This document shows, one piece after another, positions 17,236 through 27,456 of a stretch of DNA of 64,000 nt. Source of the stretch: the human T2T-CHM13v2.0 reference genome, Homo sapiens. The notes below the pieces were generated by a model. It did no database searches, had not been told where the DNA came from, and worked only from the letters and a program-made list of their open reading frames with translations. The position numbers and the translations under genes were made by a program. Positions within the stretch are counted from its first letter, which is position 1. Every line of letters starts with the position of its first letter. Where the stretch lies: NCBI RefSeq assembly GCF_009914755.1, contig NC_060929.1. One strand, written 5' to 3'.

Positions 17236-17598
17236 ATGGTACAGCCCGCTCCCCCCTCGCGCTCTCGGACAGTGGGTCCTTCCACTTGTAGAAAAGCATT
17301 GTGGGACGGAAGCCTGTCCTTTCTTCCTTTTGGTGCGAGCTTGCTGTGGTTTTTGCTCTGGGTCCTCTGGGATGGCGCCTGGCTGTGGCCGCGTGGTCTC
17401 TCACGCAGGGGCGCCGGGCGGGGGAACGCGGCCACCCTGAGTCTGGTGAGTCGACTGCGGCGGCCTGTGTCCGAAGTGTCCGGGGCCGTGAACAAGGGCA
17501 GCGGCCTGGCCTCAGGCCTGCGTTCCCACGTTTGGAAACGGGGAGCTTCGTCGATTTGTGTTTACATCATCGACTATGCCAGGGAGTTCTCCAGATAA
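17236..17598 (+). CDS. TIGA1: TIGA1 120-aa small ORF with one Trp/Leu-rich hydrophobic segment
   Basis: ORF length and position agree with my recollection of the 120-aa TIGA1 peptide; hydrophobic stretch SLSFLPFGASLLWFLLWVLWDGAWLW. Confidence 0.65.
   Translation: MVQPAPPSRSRTVGPSTCRKALWDGSLSFLPFGASLLWFLLWVLWDGAWLWPRGLSRRGAGRGNAATLSLVSRLRRPVSEVSGAVNKGSGLASGLRSHVWKRGASSICVYIIDYAREFSR
17317..17331 (+). promoter_or_regulatory. TCT initiator / 5'TOP pyrimidine tract
   Basis: TCCTTTCTTCCTTTT; CCTTTCT fits YC+1TYTYY; typical of snoRNA host genes. Confidence 0.6.
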
Positions 17599-17938
17599 GC
17601 CTGGTTTTATTTTCGTCAGTGAAAAGGCCTTACCGTATAACTGACTTTATGCTTGCCCTGCCCCCGTATAAAATAACTTAAAAGCAGCGTGCCTGGTTAC
17701 AGCTGTTTCCACGTGCGGTGCTCGTCGGGAGTGATCACCTACCCTACAGGTGAGTTTTCACGTTCGTGCAAGACCAGTCGCCATTTAAAACGCATCGCAT
17801 TTCACTTTTCATTATTAAGTCGGATTTTAAATCGTGAGAAAATTTCTCTGAAATGTATTGTCCGTTTTTAGGCTGTAATCGGCATTACTGTCAGCCAGTC
17901 AGCAACCTTATGCCATAAAGCCTACCTCACGCAGTGTC

Positions 17939-18071
17939 AGCCTTTGTGTTGCCCATTCACTTTGGAAACTAGTGAATGTGGTGTCAAAAAAGGCGTAAAT
18001 TAAACGCTTTGCAGCCTTTTCCTGCCCTTAAATTTGATACCTTTGGTGTAGGAGCTGCATAAGTAACAGTT
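17939..18071 (+). ncRNA. SNORA13: H/ACA box snoRNA SNORA13 (ACA13), guide for 18S rRNA U1248
   Basis: 133 nt, two hairpins, H box AAATTA 17997-18002, ACA 18066-18068 three nt from the end; pocket GUGUU (17946-50) and GUCAAA (17983-88) complement 18S UUUGAC-UC-AACAC. Confidence 0.96.
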
Positions 18072-18743
18072 GCTGCTTTTACGTTTCCACGCGTGATCTT
18101 GACCCTGCTAGCCTGAAGTGTATGGTTTCTCTTAGCCAGTTCTAATTTTTGTTCAGGTGGAAGATGGATGCCTGAAGTGTAGACTGCTGCTAGCTGAATA
18201 CCATCTGGGAGCATAAAGGTGACCTGAAGGTAGGGTGATATGTCTTAAAGCACTTTGTAATGGGAATTTTTATCACCTTTTAAATTGGGGTTCCTTCTCT
18301 AGTGAGTTTTAATGTCAGTGGTACATTCGTAGTGTTGCTCTGTCTGTAGCTATTAAGGTGAGTTAATAAATGGGATAGCCTCCACAGCTTATTTTTGGGA
18401 AGGTTTTGCTGATACTTCCTGAGAAGCCCAGGGAAATAAATACGCATAGTACTGGCATTCTGCATCTCTTTAAGATTTGTTTTTATGTGTAGTAATTGAG
18501 TTTTTTAAAAGCTTGTGAAATCGCAGGCATATTACCAAGTTCTTGATTAAAATGTAATACAAAAATATTTGCTGTCGAATTGAGTACTTTATTTTTTCTC
18601 TTAGGATGTCCTTGGTGAGGATTTTGAAAATTTGATCTTCACAAGAGTTGCCTGGATCATTTGAAATTTCTGGGAGTCTGAGGAGTACTGACATAATTAC
18701 CTGCTGGAGTCTGTAAATACACATTTAAGACAGTGAGGATGTG

Positions 18744-18749
18744 AATAAA
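18744..18749 (+). terminator. PolyA signal of EPB41L4A-AS1 short isoform
   Basis: AATAAA followed ~20 nt later by GU/U-rich tttggcatttgtgtttt. Confidence 0.75.
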
Positions 18750-19091
18750 TATATTAATGCACTTTGGCATTTGTGTTTTAAGTGATTAACTGCCAGAAAC
18801 AGCTATTTCTAAAAAGTTATAAGGGAGGAGGGGTTCTTTTTTGATCAGTATTCACTGCTGTCACCATAATTAATAGCCTTAAAATAGCTTGTGTTTGGCC
18901 CAAAGAGAAATGTACTTTCTTCCAGTGACTCAAAAATCGTGGCTAGAACTAGACTGATTTCTAGTGACAGGTGTGCTTTACTGCACTCAATGCGTATTTT
19001 TCCTCCAACTAAATTGTACATTTAATGTTGCCATATCTTCTGCCTTTGCTTTGCAGGAAACGACAAATAATGTATAGAGGTATTCAAAAAA

Positions 19092-19097
19092 TTTATT
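19092..19097 (-). terminator. PolyA signal of EPB41L4A, inside an L2 3' end
   Basis: Minus strand ctcctagtacagtgctttcAATAAAttttttgaat. Confidence 0.7.
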
Positions 19098-21022
19098 GAA
19101 AGCACTGTACTAGGAGCTGAGAACACGATGATGAGCACAACACAGTTCTTCCCTTTGGAAACATAGATAAGTGGAGGGAATGTCATCACAAATGTAAAAC
19201 TTCACTATGAGATGAGTTCCGTGATAGGATTTTCTTAGGGAAACCTGAGAAAGAGTTGAGACTAAAGGTATGTGTCATATTTTTCACAAGGCAAAACTGG
19301 GGGAATGACATATACAGAGGCTTGGGCTAGAAAAAAGATACCGTTAGTCCACTTACTTTTGAGACAGTTTTGGCTGCTTTCCCTCTTCAGTGCCCTGTTT
19401 TAGAACTGAGTCCTTACTGAGGCTTGTAAGATGGCTATTATGGGAGGTGAGAGTGTTACAAAATGAGGCTGAAGAGGTAGGTAAAGAAGCCAGACCACTT
19501 CAGGCTCCCTCTGGCTTTATTAAAGCAAGATAAATCCATGGTGGAAAATCAGATTTGCAAGAAAAGGTAGTTGAACTAGGTTGCTTATTGTTGTCTAGAC
19601 AAGAGACCAGCTTGGACTAGTAAAATTAGTGAAATAAGATCGTTTATAGTTGGATGACAGAGCCAACTAGACGTGGTAATAGTGGAGGTGTCCATAACTG
19701 CTAGGTGTCCAGCTTGCACACTGATGAGCATAATGACCCTAGATTCAGCTGGGGAGCAGCATTTAAACAGCTGAATTTTTAAATTACCTTTGAGAAACCC
19801 AAATGGTCTTTTTGCAGTAGCACATTACTCAGTAGTCTAAACTACAGAAATAAACCTTAAGGCCATGGGTATAAATGAGATCTGCTGGTGGTAGAGGAAG
19901 AGGGCCTAGGGTCTGAAGTTTGAGAAACTCCACTAATTAATGGCAAGGTAAAGCATGATAAGCCAGAAAGGATGGTCAGTGGTAGGAGCAAAATAGGATT
20001 ATATTAAAGAAGCAAAAGAATGTCCTAAAAATTCTCCCTGGGATTAAGTAACACAGTGATTGATATTAGTGGAGTAGAGGGAAAGATCCATGTTAGAGAT
20101 AGCTTAAGATAGGGATTAGATGAATTGAGGGCAATGACTAAAGATACTGCTTGCAAGAAAACTGGCTGAGAATGAGAGGAAAATCTTAGTTGCTTGGCGG
20201 GAGGGGGTTTGTGGTTGTGAAAGATAGTTTTGTTTAATCTTAGTCTTAAATTTAAAACCAAGTAGCAAGGATCTAGCTGAGAGAATAATTGAATACATTA
20301 ATATAGGAGGACAGACAAAGATCCTGAAAAGGCTGGGAGAAGAGCATCCAAAGCACAGGTGGAGAGACAAAAAGGTTAGGGCTGCTGGCAGCTGTGGAGA
20401 GAACTGTACGTGGTAAGGGGGAGATATAAGATGTCCTGCATAAGTATTTTCCCTGTAGATTGCAAAGTCATCTATGGAGAGGAAAGGTCCAAAATAGTCA
20501 CTGGGGAGAGCAGGTGAATTAGATGGCCAAGCAGGGTGGATGGATCATTTGAGGTTTGGGGTGACAGATCAACTGAGATCCACTTACACTTCTGAAAACG
20601 CAAGAACACTTTAGAAATTAACAACACTTAAAGCTTTTTACATCATTTGTAAATAACTGGTGGAACTTAACACCACAAAATAAAGTATTATAAAGAACTT
20701 TATATGAATAAAAATATATGCAGTCTGAAAGTGATGCCTCAGTCCTTTTGCATCTGGGCACTAGTTGAGAACCAGCCCAGCCCTGGGAAGACGTCCTCCC
20801 ACTTGTACTATTGCACAGCAGGCTAGCTGCAGTTCAGAATTCCAGAATGTTCATCAGATGCATCTGGTCTTGGTTGTGGTGGACACAGACACAAGATAGA
20901 AATGAATGATTGCTATCCTGTTCCAGAAATGAAAATGTGGTATCAAGTGAATTTTTACAAAATACTTATTCTTCCAGTTAAAACAAAAAGGTCCTTCAGC
21001 ACAACTGTGCTGTAGTTAAACC

Positions 21023-21305
21023 ATGGCCTATAATCCCAGCACTTTGGGAGGCTGAGGCAGGCGGATCACTTGAGGTCAGGAGTTCGAGACCAGCCTCCAA
21101 CATGGCAAAGCCCTGTCTCTACTAAAAATACAAAAAGAATTAGCCGGGTGTTGTGGTGCACGCCTGTAATCCCAGCTGCTCGGTAGCCTGAGACAGGAGA
21201 ATCGCTTAACCCAGTAAGTGGAGGCTGCGGTGAGCTGACACGGTGCCGCTGCACTCCAGCCTGGGCGACAGAGTGATAACATCTCAAAAAAAAAAAAAAA
21301 AAGAA
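21023..21305 (+). mobile_element. AluS (slightly 5'-truncated), antisense within the EPB41L4A 3' UTR
   Basis: Alu dimer with polyA at 21286-21302. Confidence 0.93.
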
Positions 21306-21443
21306 GCAAAAGATAATGTATTTTCTCATGCTGAAGAAATACTTGCAGGTCTGAGATTTGAATTAAGATACCTATTTCACAGTTTCAAAAGTACCAGTGG
21401 CGCACACAACCTTCCCACCCCTACCCTTGACCCTTCATCAGGA

Positions 21444-21572
21444 TCAAGTCTCTGTCTTGAGGCGGGAAGCTTGTATAGTTTTTATTGTTTTTGCTGTGTG
21501 TTTTCCAGCCAGGTTGTTTGTAGATGTCTGAGGTTTTTCTTCCATCAGGCTATCTTTAGACCCATTTCTTCT
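21444..21572 (-). CDS. EPB41L4A: EPB41L4A last coding exon (RRNGSKDSLMEEKPQ...IQASRLKTET*)
   Basis: ttttattttag acceptor, 129 nt, phase 0, TGA at 21446-21444. Confidence 0.93.
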   Translation of the reverse strand, partial: RRNGSKDSLMEEKPQTSTNNLAGKHTAKTIKTIQASRLKTET

Positions 21573-23164
21573 CTAAAATAAAATACATTTGAAAAATGTA
21601 GAAAGATTCAGAAGAAAACAGCCAAATGAAGTATTTTAATTACATCAGAAACCAAGCTGCTCTTAAATTTAAGATACTGAGTTAATTCAAAAGTTTCATA
21701 ATACCAAAAGCTATTCAATAAATGTTCCCTCTAAATAGCTGTGCAAAATAAAGTTTGTATTTAAACTTTAATATACAAAGTTAGTCTGACATTTACATGC
21801 ATAACGATTTTATTCATGAATATTAGGCATAATTCACCCAAATCAGTGTCATTACTTTTGTTAACAATTCCCAAACCAGGCTCTCAACCTCACTCTTCCA
21901 AACAGGATAGTGATGGAGACTTGGAGGCAATTTATAATCCCCTGATTATATTTTCAGTAGTCAATGAATGGAACAATGTCTTGTGAGCCCCTATCACTTG
22001 TCTCATACGGAGAAACAGGGCAGCTCATTACCAGAGCCTGGGCACCACATCCACTAGTTTGTAAAACTTAGGTTTTACACATCTCCCATCATCACGGGTG
22101 GAGGCTCTGAGAATGACACTAACTCACAACTACTACTTCTTATGCGAACCCCTCCTCCTCTTACTTCCAAGGATGGTCTAACATTGTCAGTGTATCAGGC
22201 TGGCAAGCATATTTCCTTCCCCAAATGTATATTCCCATAAATAATGGGCTATACCGTCCCAATCTATTTTGAGATTTGTTTGAGCTAAAAATAAATAAAT
22301 CCCTCTTAAAATGCAGCTACCTTTAATCTGTTCCTATGACTGGCTTAATTTGTTTTACTGACATTCAAAAAGCACTGATGGAATAATTATTCTGCCTATC
22401 ATGGGAAGCATGAACCCATCTATTTGGGATGGAAGATTTCTAGATAGCCAGAGGTGGGAAGAGAACACCAGTGAATGTGAGAGGAGAATATAGCAGAAGA
22501 ATTACCAGAAAAAAAGTGCTAGGAGAGGACCTGAAATAAGTACTATGTTGTAAGTTTGTCTAGGATTGAATCTGTCCACTCTGCAGACCTTAAGAAATTA
22601 AGTTGCTATTCTTCCCCATTCTTAGCAGCCTTTGCGTGAAAAGGCAAGGTGAGGTGTAAGGCAGGTCACTGCCAGAACTCTGGTGGCATTGTGGTGGAAA
22701 TTAGAACTTAAAGTTGTACCTTAAAAATGTACCTTTCCAGCTTCCACTGGTCACTCCAGCCCCTTCTCCGCTTGGCAGCCAGATGAGTGGCTTCCTTTTA
22801 GCACTTGGAATAAAACAGTAAGATCCAAACGCTTCCCACAGCCTTTAAGTCCCTGTGTTATCTGCCTTTCCCCTCAAGCTCACTGCATGTTGGTCTTTCA
22901 GCTCCTCAAATACCCAGGCCCTCTCCAGAGTCAGCATTTTCCCTACATTCCTCACTCTGATTACATCAGCCTTGCAGCCACTCACATGGCTAGCTCCTCA
23001 CCTGCCAGGTCTCAGCTTTAAATGCCACTCTCTGAGATGGCCTTCTCTGACCACCCTAAACATGTAAAGTGAGGTCACTTTGTTGCTTCTCTAGCTCAGG
23101 CATTTCTTTGTAATGCATACTCCTATTTGTTTTAACTGTTTACTTTTATGCCTCCAGGTCTAGG

Positions 23165-23347
23165 CTAGGGTCATCAAACTTTTTTATAAAGAGCCAGACT
23201 GTAAACTACATCCTGTTTGTGTCACGTGTTACTGTTATTTTGTTTTGCTTTTAAACAACCCTTTAAAGGTGTAAAAACCATTACTGGCTTCTGGGCTGTA
23301 CAAAGGCAGCAGACTAGATTTGGCCCTTAGGCCATGGTTTGCTGATT
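23165..23347. mobile_element. MER58-like DNA transposon
   Basis: agggtcatcaaacttttttataaagagccaga...ttggcccttaggccatggtttgctga. Confidence 0.7.
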
Positions 23348-23879
23348 GCTCAGACCAGTGCTCAACACTCCTTAGATGGGCTCACTGGATATTTACTGAA
23401 TTCAAAATCAAGAGTGTCCTGGAGACAGGCTTAGAATCAGTGCCACTGATCAGAAGATGCATGTGAGTTCCTGTATCCCGCAAAGTGAAAGCTATTCTTC
23501 CAACTTAGAATATGTGTAAGTTTTTTTAATTCCTGAGTGGAAATAAAAATTACTACTTGTATTGAAACCAACTAAAATTTAAGACAAAAAAAAAAAAAAA
23601 AAAACACCGAAAGATAACTGCTTATTAATCATCACAATAACCCTAGGAGGTAGGTTATCTACACTGTATAAAAATTGAGGCTTAGAAGTTTAGCAGTATT
23701 AAAGTTACACAAGTAGTACACAGAGATGAAACACAAATGATTCAGGTCAGTCAGAATGCAAAGCCTAAACTTAATCATGAATATAATTTTGAAAAAGTAC
23801 TGTCAACTTTAAACCAATCGTCTATTTGGACAACCTATTAGCTCTCCCAGGCTGATCTCATCAAATATTATGCAGATTA

Positions 23880-24278
23880 TAGTAGAAGCTGCGTTTACCA
23901 TGCAGATCTCCATTCTAGACTGAGGCATTCATTCTCTAGCTGCTGGGAGTGTTGCCTGCCGTGTAGCTCAAAACTGAGCCCCTCCCCAGGAACTGCCCTC
24001 AGTTGAAGAGAAATCCCCCTTCCCAGAACATCCCTTACCCAGTGACTTCTATGGGGTGAGTGTGAATGTGTAAAGGTTCAACCCCCTTGTCCCAAAGTAG
24101 AATGAATTTGAAGAGCCATCTCAGCTCTAGAGCTCCCTGTGCGGATCAGCTCTTGCCTCTGCCCAAACCCGTCTTTGACTTTCTCCCCAACAACTATGGA
24201 TCCCGTGGGCACTTTCCAACAAGCTTCCTGCATGCAGATCTCCATTTCAGAATCTATCTAGGGAACCTAACCTAAATT
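23880..24278 (+). mobile_element. ERVL LTR (LTR33-like)
   Basis: 3' end catgcagatctccatttcagaatctatctagggaacctaacctaa. Confidence 0.6.
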
Positions 24279-25202
24279 AGCACAGGCCTTGCTCCAGTCA
24301 TTGATAAAAACAAAAAGGGCCATACATGATAGATACTGCTGGTGTCAGGCTTCTTACGTGGTCCAAAAACTGTACATGTGCTTACATGCATTTTTATGGG
24401 ATGAGAGTCAGTAGATACAACTGGCTTTTCTAAAGGATCCATGATCAAATGACACTGAAAACCACAACACGACGAACAACGGGCTGACCCTGATCCATCA
24501 GACACATCAACTTTGTTTTTAGAGTTTTACAGTGGTTGTTTAACCAGATATAAATCCATCTAACTGTCTTATTCAGCCCACATTTTTTCCCATCTTATTA
24601 AAAAATACATCATGAGAGGCGGTATGAAACTCTTCCTGAACTATGTTTGCTACAGTGTTCCCCTGATTATCAAATTCAGCTAAGTGTTAAAGTGATTTTG
24701 TTAAGGCAGCTAGGTGTTCTGTCTGAATTCCTTTTTAACTACATTTTAAAAACATTTCCAGAATTAAGGTAATTGTGATGGAGAAGACAGAAATAAAACA
24801 GGACTTAAGTAATTCTTCTGTCTGCTATCAGTTAACAAAGTGAGTCTATCACTTTCTCTTTGTTTCTCTGGCTCAAAATACCTGTTGTTACTATCGCTTT
24901 TTAATTAGTGAAACAATTGTTTCTTTATTCTGGCTCCAAATGGTCTTACAATCTTTGTTATCCTCAGCTGTGCCCCACTACCTCTACCTGTTATTCCTAA
25001 CTCTTCCCAGATTGTGCCAGGGTTCTTGATCATGCACTTTTCCTTCCATGATTTCTCCACGTTCTTTTAAAATACAGAATCTCAGAATGACATTAAGGTT
25101 TCATTGCCTGCCCTACCTCCCTAAAGGAACTTTCCAAAGCACAAAATGCTTCTCAAAATTGTCATCAATACAACACCTTCTTCAAACCTTACTATTACTA
25201 AC

Positions 25203-25284
25203 CTGATGAACTGTAGCATCCCCAGAACCCTGAGCATCCGAAGAATGGGTCACCGGAAGTGGTGGTACAAGATCTGTTTTTGAA
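25203..25284 (-). CDS. EPB41L4A: EPB41L4A coding exon (SKTDLVPPLPVTHSSDAQGSGDATVHQ)
   Basis: ctctgcag| ... CAG|gttagt; 82 nt, phase 2-0. Confidence 0.93.
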
Positions 25285-25458
25285 CTGCAGAGAATGAGTT
25301 TTAGAATTAGTGACTGGAACAGTATCTAGAATCATAAATTAAGTTGGAAGAGAACTACAGTGTAGATATAAAACATTTCCATCAGCAAGTAAAGTTCTTT
25401 TAGACTGCACTGTTTTGGAGCCATGATGGTGATGGTGTACTCTGGCCTGCCCACTTAC

Positions 25459-25569
25459 TTCACTTCCGAGAGAACTGATCGCTCCCCATCTGAACACTGG
25501 GACCTGCGATACTGGCGGTAACTTCGTGGCGAATGAGAATGCCTGATGCGGATTGGGTCACCTTGTGTC
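25459..25569 (-). CDS. EPB41L4A: EPB41L4A coding exon (TQGDPIRIRHSHSPRSYRQYRRSQCSDGERSVLSEV)
   Basis: ttgttcag| ... GAA|gtaagt; 111 nt, phase 2-2. Confidence 0.94.
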
Positions 25570-25969
25570 CTGAACAAGCAACCAAGAAACATGAAAACAA
25601 ACACCCAAAGTCAGAAAAGGAAAAGTAGGAGTTCTTAATATTGAAACCGCAAAAGAATAACAACTTTCAGAGTTTTAAAAAGAACTTGACTCCTAGGGTT
25701 TGAAAGCCTGAGTGACTTAAATTTCACAAGAAAAATGCTCCCTTGACAATATGTGAAAATGAAGCTCTTTAAAGTATTTGTGTGTATACATATATATATG
25801 TATGTATGTATATTTTTTAACAACCAAATTTTAAATGAAATTATTCCTTACCGTGGAATTCTTCTTAGTAGCGTGGAAGTAAACAAAATCTATAATGCAG
25901 ACAAAATGGCATTCCTAATGGAAAAAGTTGGTCCGCTGTCCTAGCTACCAACATTAAGAATTCAGTCTT

Positions 25970-26150
25970 TACTTGAAAATTGCTAAGAAAGTAGATCTTA
26001 AGTGTTCTCTCCATAAAAAAAAAGTATGTGAGGTGATAGATACATTAGCTTGACTTCAGCATTTCACAATGTATACATATATCAAAACATCAGATTGTAT
26101 AAACATACACAATTTTTATTTGTCAATTATACCTTAATAATTAAAAACAA
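25970..26150 (+). mobile_element. L1MA/MB 3' end fragment
   Basis: ttgaaaattgctaagaaagtagatcttaagtgttct...tttttatttgtcaattataccttaataa. Confidence 0.8.
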
Positions 26151-26764
26151 ATAAATAATTCAAATCTTTGACCTAAAGATGGGGACAGAGGGTGGCTGGG
26201 GTGTACCAACCTGCTATTTAACTGTGGTGGGAAAGCAGCATAGCTACAGAAGGGAAACAAAGCAGGCACTCACTTTCTCTTAACCAAGTACTGGTAAGGC
26301 AGAAAACACAGTCAACAGGTACGGTTCCTCTTACACTGGTGACTGAGGACTCCTGCTGTGCTTTCACGAAGCCTGCTCAATGTGCTGCTTCTATGCCAGG
26401 GATGGGACTGGGCTCATATGAGAGTTTTATGGTCAACATAATTCTCTTGGTGTAAAATAATGGATAAAAAACTTTATCAGTGAGAATCTCAGAAAAGAAT
26501 TTATTTTAAAACTGACATTAATCAGGAAAAGCCCCCTTGTACCTACCAAGTACAAAGAGGTGGCTAATAAGAGATGATAGTGATTATAGTGTAGAATAAG
26601 TAGCTTTAATGCACACTTTTCTTCCTCTTTCGCTACTGTCACCTAGTTTTGGTTAAAATGTAAAGACAAATTAAAGCACTGTCTGGAACACAATTGAAGA
26701 ATTAGAATGGATTACTCACAAGCACTAATAAAGCTTTGGTGAGAAGATTCTGAAAGGCACTCAC

Positions 26765-26833
26765 TCTATTTTAGTGTATGGAATCTCTTTTAATTGTTCT
26801 TCGGACAATCCGGATGGATCCACAAGTTCTTTT
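26765..26833 (-). CDS. EPB41L4A: EPB41L4A coding exon ([22 protein letters not shown])
   Basis: cctttatag| ... AGA|gtgagt; 69 nt, phase 2-2. Confidence 0.94.
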
Positions 26834-27408
26834 CTATAAAGGAATATGCAAGAAAATGATAGTTGTGGTGCTGGTATAAATGCTAGTATCTTTCACAATC
26901 GGCAGGTGAGTTTTCCCTTTCTAATCTTGTCCCAAAACAGTGTTAGTAAAACTAATGAAAATTTATAAAAACTAAACGTGTTCAAGGAAAAATAGGAGGG
27001 GTAAAACCTTTTCTGTAGCTCTTTTGCCTTCTTTCAATTCTTCTACATTCAGACTCCAGTCATTCCCCATTTCCCTATAAAAGATCTGCTTCTCTCCCCT
27101 GTGGTAGGTGTCTTTTTTCTTCTGGATTTGTTTTCCTTGGTATTTATTTGTAAACTATTGGCCTGTCTGAGGTCCATTTAGAGGCGAGACTAAATGACCC
27201 AAGGTGAGGAGGTGTCAGGGTTGCCTGTAGATAGGTGTTGATATGGTTAAGGCACCACCACCATGTGCTCCATGTGCCTGCCACACACAGTGGCAATGGC
27301 TTTGGCAGGCATCACGCTGAAGTTGCCTCTCAGTATCAGGAGTCTTCCTTGCAATTGCATTAAAACTACATGGGTTTTAAAACAATAAGAAAGAAAACTA
27401 TTACTCAC

Positions 27409-27456
27409 TGAATGTGCTTCCATAACTCTTCTTTTGCTTGGATATCGGGGCTTCTC
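27409..27456 (-). CDS. EPB41L4A: EPB41L4A coding exon (RSPDIQAKEELWKHI)
   Basis: tatttatag| ... TCA|gtgagt; 48 nt, phase 2-2. Confidence 0.93.

Larger units (their letters stand above)
17050..17830. promoter_or_regulatory. CpG island promoter of EPB41L4A-AS1
   Basis: Only CpG-dense non-Alu region of the window; ETS CGGAAG 17307-17312, GC box, E-box CACGTG 17710-17715. Confidence 0.92.
17200..18770 (+). ncRNA. EPB41L4A-AS1: lncRNA / snoRNA host gene EPB41L4A-AS1 (C5orf26, TIGA1): exon 1 to 17749 (alternative donor after 17445), exon 2 18157-18229, exon 3 18605-~18765; 5' end approximate
   Basis: Donors CAG|gtgagt (17750) and AAG|gtaggg (18230), acceptors ttgttcag| (18156) and ttctcttag| (18604), AATAAA 18744; intronic SNORA13; convergent with EPB41L4A. 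Confidence 0.9.
19072..21443 (-). other. EPB41L4A: EPB41L4A 3' UTR (~2.4 kb, L2- and Alu-rich); distal end approximate
   Basis: Runs from stop codon 21444 to minus-strand AATAAA at 19092-19097. Confidence 0.7.

Noticed and set aside
17003-17681. Overlapping 126-151 aa ORFs on both strands of the CpG island
   Set aside because: Stop-codon scarcity in GC-rich DNA, non-ATG or poor starts, no recognisable domain
21447-21458. C-terminal KTET as a PDZ-binding motif
   Set aside because: Class I motifs need a hydrophobic terminal residue; Thr does not fit well
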